Below are positions 58,851-64,000 of a stretch of 64,000 nt of DNA, piece by piece. Positions within the stretch are counted from its first letter, which is position 1, and each line of letters starts with the position of its first letter. Source of the stretch: an uncultured Gemmatimonadaceae bacterium (GTDB lineage: Bacteria; Gemmatimonadota; Gemmatimonadetes; Gemmatimonadales; Gemmatimonadaceae); contig CAVXGK010000002.1 in NCBI GenBank assembly GCA_963761305.1, forward strand, positions 2,976,001 through 3,040,000, in the 5' to 3' direction. A program made the translations under genes and the position numbers. Under the pieces are notes generated by a model. That model was not told where the DNA came from. It saw nothing but the letters and a program-made list of their open reading frames with translations, and made no database searches.

Positions 58851-59897
58851 TCAGCGCAGCCAGACGTAGACGAGGGCGCAGTCCTTGGTACCGTTCGCCC
58901 AAGCGGCGACGTCGGTGTTCGCCATCGGCACCGCGGAAATCGGTCGTCGACGCGTTGTCCGGGGAGGCGATCGGAGGTCGTAGATCTCGACCGTCTCGAC
59001 GTCGTCCACGGTCAGGTTTCCCACCTGAACCGTGTCGGGGCCGCCGTTCACCATCGCGGCGCAATCCTTGTCGAGCATCCCGGGCGGCCCGCTGTGCACC
59101 TGGTGGTACCCGATCTGAACGGCGTCGTACACCCACTCGAGTTTCATGTCGACGAGGTCGGCGTGCGTGAAGACGCGCGAGTGCTGGGTGTTGCGCCACG
59201 CGAGGCGCTGGCCGAGGTCGTCGACGTTATGAACCTCGCGCACGGTGAGCGCCCGTTTCGGAGGCGCGAGTGTCACGCGAATGCGCTCGCCGCTGTCGTG
59301 AGGGACCACCACACTCACCAGACGATCGGCGAATCCCGGGTCCTTCACCGCGACGACGTAGCTCCCCGCCTTGATCGGGATGTAGAACGCGCCCGCCGAG
59401 TCGGTCACGGTGCGCCCATCGTGGCCGAGCACCCGCACCTCCGCGCCGCCGAGTGCGTTGAACGCCGTGTCGCCGACGACGCCGCTCAATCCGCCGCGCG
59501 CCACCGTCGTCACGACCGGTCGAAGCACGTACGGCAGCGGTACGAGCGAGAACATTCCGGTGGCGCCGGCGCTGTCGACCACCATCTCGCGAATCTGCGG
59601 ACCGTAGCCGAGCTTGCGCGCCCGTACTTCGTACTTGCCGGGTCCGACGTCGGTGAACAGAAACGTGCCGTCGGCCTTGCTGAATACGCGGCGTTGCAGC
59701 GAAGCGATCGACACCTCGACGCTGTCGATCGCGAATGCCGAGGTGTCGCGAACGACGCCGCCGAGCTTTCGCGCGCCCGGACGATCCGGGGCCGCGTTGA
59801 CGACCACCGCCGGAAGGCGCGTTGGCTGCTGTCCCACCATCGACCGCCAGGGAAGCACGAGGAGCGCGCTGATAGCGATCGCTTTGGCGACTGTCAC
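58851..59897 (-). CDS. Secreted protein with tandem carboxypeptidase-regulatory-like (transthyretin-fold) domains
   Basis: GVVRDT..DGTFLF..PGKYEVRARKLGY, second GVVGDT..TDSAGAF; tail DVETVEIY..CALVYVWLR. Start uncertain. Confidence 0.72.
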   Translation of the reverse strand: MTVAKAIAISALLVLPWRSMVGQQPTRLPAVVVNAAPDRPGARKLGGVVRDTSAFAIDSVEVSIASLQRRVFSKADGTFLFTDVGPGKYEVRARKLGYGPQIREMVVDSAGATGMFSLVPLPYVLRPVVTTVARGGLSGVVGDTAFNALGGAEVRVLGHDGRTVTDSAGAFYIPIKAGSYVVAVKDPGFADRLVSVVVPHDSGERIRVTLAPPKRALTVREVHNVDDLGQRLAWRNTQHSRVFTHADLVDMKLEWVYDAVQIGYHQVHSGPPGMLDKDCAAMVNGGPDTVQVGNLTVDDVETVEIYDLRSPPRTTRRRPISAVPMANTDVAAWANGTKDCALVYVWLR

Positions 59898-60046
59898 TCT
59901 AGCGTCAGGCGGCGGCGACAGGCGGCAGGAAAAAGCGAAGGATCGGCGCGAGGCGCCGATCCTTCGCGTCACTGATGCTGCCGCCTGACGCTGACGACTA
60001 GAGTGCGTGAACGCCCGAACCATCGTCATCAGTGCGCTTGCCGCCG

Positions 60047-62419
60047 TTACGGCTGCGGAGTCGCCGACTCGCCGGCGAGCTGCGGTCCGCCGGGGCCGAC
60101 CGAGCCAAGCACGTCACGCCACGCGAACTGCTTTCCGCTTCCACGCACGTAGAAGTCCATCCACTCCTTCTCGGCGACTGCCTTGAGGTACTGGTTGCGC
60201 GCGTCGGGAATGCCGTGCGTCGTGCCAGGGTACACCCAGAATTCGTTCGGCACGCCGAGCTTCGAGAGCGCCATGTGCATCTCTTCGCTCTGCGGGCGCG
60301 GCACGCGCGGGTCGCCATCGACGACGTGAATGAAGATCGGTGTCTTCGCGTTCTTGATGTACGTGATCGGCGACTGGCGCATCCAGTTCTCCAGCTGACC
60401 CGGCTCCCAGTACATCTTGTCGCCGAGGTACCACTGGCGGAGTCGCTGCGTGTCGCTCTCGGACCACATCGATATCCAGTTCGCCACGCCGGCGCCGGAG
60501 CTGATGGCCTTGAAGCGCGTCGTGTGCGTCTCGATCCAGTTCGAGTAGTGGCCGCCGGCGCTCCACCCGAGCGCGCCCATTTGCGTGCTGTCGACGAGGC
60601 CCTGCGCGATGAGGTAGTCGACGCCCGTCATGATGTCCTGGAAGCCCTTGGTGAAGTAGTCACCCTGGCTTTCGATCTTGAACTTCTCGCCGTACTGCGT
60701 GGACGCGCGATAGTTCGGCAGTAGGACGGCGTAGCCGGCGCCGGCGTAGACCTGCGCGTTGTAGCCGCCGTTGAAGCTCAGCATGTCGGCAGCCGCCGGG
60801 CCGCCGTGAATCGCGACGATCAGCGGATAGCGTTTGCCCGCCTGGTAGCCGATGGGCTTGATCAGAACGCCCGACACTCTCGTTCCGTCGTTCGACTTCC
60901 ACGTGATCTCTTCTTCGTCGCCGAGCGCGACGTCGCGCTTCACCCACTCGTTTGGATCGGTGAGCTGCGTCCACTTCGATCGATTGTTGACGTCGCCGAG
61001 CGACGCAACGGTGTAGGTCGCCGGCGGCGTGTGCGGATCGGCGTAGGTGATGAGGAAGCGACGCGTCTCGTCGTCGCGTGCGACCGAGATCGTGCCTTTG
61101 ACGTCAGTGATCTGCTTCGCCTGACCGGTGGAGACGGCAAGCGAGAAGAGTTGCGTCGTCGCGCGAACGCCCGTGCCGAAGTAGATCGTGTCGCCATTCG
61201 CCGACCAGAACGAGCTCTCGATCCCTTCGGCTCCGCCCCCGCCGCCTCGGCCGCCGGCGCGAACGTCGAGGTCGACGTTGCCGCCGATCTTGCGAAGCGG
61301 CTCTCCGGGTTGGTCGACGTGACGAACGTACATCCGCTCGTTGTGCATGTACTTGAAATCGTCCGGCGCGGAGAACGCGAGGAGCTTGCTGTCGGGCGAG
61401 AAGAGCACCGGTCCTTCGCCGATGTCGGTGTTCTTGGTGAGTCGCTCGATGGCGCCCGTGGCGACGTTCAGCAGTCGCAGATCGGCGTAGTCGTTCTGCT
61501 CGAGGTTGCCACGCTCGTAGCGGTTGGACGACATGCCGTGGAAACCGATCCACTTCCCGTCCGGTGAGATGGTGAATTCACCGACGCTGTAGCTCGTGTC
61601 GTTGGTGAGGCGGCGCTCCTGGCGCGCGTCGAGGTCGTAGACCCACAAGCTGGCGACGGATGTCGCCGGATTTCTCGGCTTCACGGTGAACTGCTTGTCG
61701 GTGCGCGCGCGGTCGTCGCGATCGATGCTGTCCGGCGACACGAAGTAGATGCGCCTCCCGTCCGGCGACCACTGCCAGCTCGTGATGCCGGTGGCGTGTC
61801 GAGTGAGCTGTGATGCTTTTGGAAAATCGCCCTCGAGTAAAGGGCGATAGAAGTCGCCGGTGGCGAGTGCGTAGATCTGTTCGTCGCCGGCGCGGCCGGA
61901 CGTGTAGACGATCGACTTGCCGTCTTTGCTGAATGAGAAATTCGAGACGCCTTCGCGCGCGTCGGTGATGCGGCGGGCTTCACCACCGTCGATGCGCATC
62001 ACGAAAATCTGATTGCGGGCGCCGCCACCACCCGCCGCGCCTGCGCCGCCGCCACGGCCTCCGGCGGCGCCACCGTTCGCAGGCGCGGTGGTCGCGTCAC
62101 GATCGGAGAGAAACGCGATGAAGCTGCCATCGCGCGACCACTTCGGGCTCGTCTCGTTCTTGTCCTTGGTGAACGTGAGCTGCCGCGTCGTCTGCAGACC
62201 GCCGTCGAACGCCACGAGGTAGATGTCGGATTGGCGGCGAGCGGAATTCCAGTCGGGAGTGCTCAGAGAGTAGAGCATCGACTTGCCGTCGGGACTCACG
62301 TCTTGGCCGGCGACCTGCCGCATGTTCTGGGCGTCGAGGAAGGTCATCGGACGTTGCGCCGATGCCGACGACGCGACGATTGCCACGAGGGCGAGGAACT
62401 GGGGGCGGTAATGTTTCAC
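60047..62419 (-). CDS. S9-family (prolyl oligopeptidase/acylaminoacyl) peptidase, secreted
   Basis: SPDG/WSRDG propeller repeats, YPLIVAIHGGP, PNYR, nucleophile GWSAGG, DPRVP, HG. Confidence 0.92.
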   Translation of the reverse strand: MKHYRPQFLALVAIVASSASAQRPMTFLDAQNMRQVAGQDVSPDGKSMLYSLSTPDWNSARRQSDIYLVAFDGGLQTTRQLTFTKDKNETSPKWSRDGSFIAFLSDRDATTAPANGGAAGGRGGGAGAAGGGGARNQIFVMRIDGGEARRITDAREGVSNFSFSKDGKSIVYTSGRAGDEQIYALATGDFYRPLLEGDFPKASQLTRHATGITSWQWSPDGRRIYFVSPDSIDRDDRARTDKQFTVKPRNPATSVASLWVYDLDARQERRLTNDTSYSVGEFTISPDGKWIGFHGMSSNRYERGNLEQNDYADLRLLNVATGAIERLTKNTDIGEGPVLFSPDSKLLAFSAPDDFKYMHNERMYVRHVDQPGEPLRKIGGNVDLDVRAGGRGGGGGAEGIESSFWSANGDTIYFGTGVRATTQLFSLAVSTGQAKQITDVKGTISVARDDETRRFLITYADPHTPPATYTVASLGDVNNRSKWTQLTDPNEWVKRDVALGDEEEITWKSNDGTRVSGVLIKPIGYQAGKRYPLIVAIHGGPAAADMLSFNGGYNAQVYAGAGYAVLLPNYRASTQYGEKFKIESQGDYFTKGFQDIMTGVDYLIAQGLVDSTQMGALGWSAGGHYSNWIETHTTRFKAISSGAGVANWISMWSESDTQRLRQWYLGDKMYWEPGQLENWMRQSPITYIKNAKTPIFIHVVDGDPRVPRPQSEEMHMALSKLGVPNEFWVYPGTTHGIPDARNQYLKAVAEKEWMDFYVRGSGKQFAWRDVLGSVGPGGPQLAGESATPQP

Positions 62420-62622
62420 GGTGGGACTCCGTAGAGGCAGGCTCTTAGTATGTCGCACGACGGGAAAGGCCGCCACAACGGCGGCGGGTGCGGAGGCGGG
62501 GTGCGGAGAACTGGGACGAGGGCGGTGGCGGAGTGCGGCGGTGATGCGTCTGGCGATGCCAGCGTCGTGGGTTTCTATTTGAATTTCGAACTCTTCCTCC
62601 ACCATTTCGAAAAGCGCGCCCC

Positions 62623-64000
62623 ATGACCGAGCCGATTTCGCGACGCGACTGGATCAAGACGGTTGGGGTCGTCGGCGCCGGCGCCATCGTCGCGTCGGAC
62701 GCCGTGCTGACGGAAACGGCTGAGGCCGCGACGGTCGCGGCCGCCGCGCCGGCGATGGTGCCCGCCGGTCCGCCGGGCGAGGTCGTCGACCTGGTATCGA
62801 CGAGCGAGATCTTCGTCCCGGCGCGCGGGCGGTCCTACCAGAAGTTCAGCTACGACTTCCCCGAACCGTCGGTCGTTTTCGGCGACTATCGCTTCGGATT
62901 CCTCGTATTCACTGACGAGAACACGTACGGGCTCGACCGTTCCGCGCTCCGCGCCGACGGCAACGGCGACTCGATGCGCATCACCTGCGACCGATTCGTG
63001 TGGGCGGGCGGCCAGGAGCACGCGCCCGGCAAGCTCGTCGCGTTGCTCCGTCGAACGGACTCGACAATCGAGTGGGACACGACGGTCGAAATGAATCGGC
63101 CGGTGAAGACGGTCACGACGATCGTTCGGGGCGTGCCGCGCGGCGCTCTGTCGTTCGGCGGCGGTGGCTTTCCGCAGCAACAGAATCAACAGAACGACAG
63201 CGAGAGCCTGGTCGGCTATCCGTTCGGCGGCGGCGACCTCAACGCGTCGGGCAGCATGGGCACGCCGTTGCTCATGATCCAGACGCCGTCGGACGTCTTC
63301 TATCTCTCCTCACTCGACGACCGGGTTCGGCCCAAGCGCTTCTATCTGGCGCCCGGCGACGCGAGCTACCGCGTCGAAGCGATCCACGAGCACGACGCGT
63401 GGCGCAACGACAACCGCGTCACCGTCCCGACGTGGCGACTCGGCCGAGTGGCGTCGGCGGACGAAGCGGTGAATCTGCACATGGCGCACATCGAACGCGC
63501 GTACGCGATTCCCGCGTGGGAGACGCGCGCCGACGTGCCGGCGTGGACGCGCAACATCGCGATGGTGACGACGCTCCACGGCATGCACTACACCGGCTAC
63601 ATGTTCAACGATTACGCGAAGATGCTCGACACGCTGCGCTGGATGTCGACGCAAATTCCCGGCGACCGCGTCCTGGCGTTCATCTCGGCGTGGGACGGCC
63701 GGTACTACTGGGACTATCCGACGTACCGTGTATCGGATCGGATGGGCGGCGAGGCCGGCTTCCGAAAGCTCATCGACGAAGGACACAAGCTCGGCTTCAA
63801 GATCATGCCGATGTACGGCATGAATTCGGCAAACAAGAAACTGGATAGCTGGCCGAAGATCTCCGATTCGATCACGCAGAAAGTCGATGGGAACGTGTAC
63901 AACCTGGATTGGGTGGATTGGAACAACGATCGCCACCAGGACGGCTGGCTCGGCTACATGAACCTCGGCGCCGACTCGTGGAGGAACCATCTCGAGGGGC
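62623..64000 (+). CDS. Tat-exported hypothetical protein, possible glycoside-hydrolase-like TIM barrel; runs off window end
   Basis: Absent from the ORF track; open frame from ATG 62623 (MTEPISRRDWIK) to the edge; contains LHGMHYTGY, WDGRYYWDYP, GGEAGFRKLIDEGHKLGFKIM. Confidence 0.8.
   Translation, partial: MTEPISRRDWIKTVGVVGAGAIVASDAVLTETAEAATVAAAAPAMVPAGPPGEVVDLVSTSEIFVPARGRSYQKFSYDFPEPSVVFGDYRFGFLVFTDENTYGLDRSALRADGNGDSMRITCDRFVWAGGQEHAPGKLVALLRRTDSTIEWDTTVEMNRPVKTVTTIVRGVPRGALSFGGGGFPQQQNQQNDSESLVGYPFGGGDLNASGSMGTPLLMIQTPSDVFYLSSLDDRVRPKRFYLAPGDASYRVEAIHEHDAWRNDNRVTVPTWRLGRVASADEAVNLHMAHIERAYAIPAWETRADVPAWTRNIAMVTTLHGMHYTGYMFNDYAKMLDTLRWMSTQIPGDRVLAFISAWDGRYYWDYPTYRVSDRMGGEAGFRKLIDEGHKLGFKIMPMYGMNSANKKLDSWPKISDSITQKVDGNVYNLDWVDWNNDRHQDGWLGYMNLGADSWRNHLEG

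Overview
High-GC (roughly two-thirds G+C by eye) bacterial chromosomal segment. Gene content (PadR plus duplicated orphan permease, type III glutamine synthetase, HEAT-cyclophilin, many Tat-exported enzymes) suggests Gemmatimonadota or a similar soil lineage; this is inference. Main blocks: (1) PLP and D-amino-acid enzymes plus msrA; (2) an OmpR-type two-component pair; (3) a type II secretion cluster (gspG-F-H-I-J-K-L-M-C-D-E) with several single-base indels that look like assembly errors; (4) PadR/ADOP permease; (5) a convergent ECF sigma/anti-sigma module facing a metallophosphoesterase-cupredoxin fusion, both units preceded by the same GGGAATAA-N15-AGTCT motif; (6) a DUF1080 + Gfo/Idh/MocA pair; (7) a hybrid MFS/RND efflux cluster; (8) tRNA-Cys next to the scar of an integrative element (duplicated GH127 3' end plus a tyrosine-recombinase remnant); (9) a SigK/RskA-like pair; (10) GSIII followed by a Pat/MddA-type acetyltransferase; (11) a membrane-anchored TIR protein with a duplicated outer domain; (12) an S9 peptidase and a truncated Tat protein. 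Several intergenic regions hold large palindromes built from short tandem units. No rRNA, CRISPR array or intact mobile element was seen. All calls come from motif recognition by eye; no searches were run, and several start codons are best guesses.
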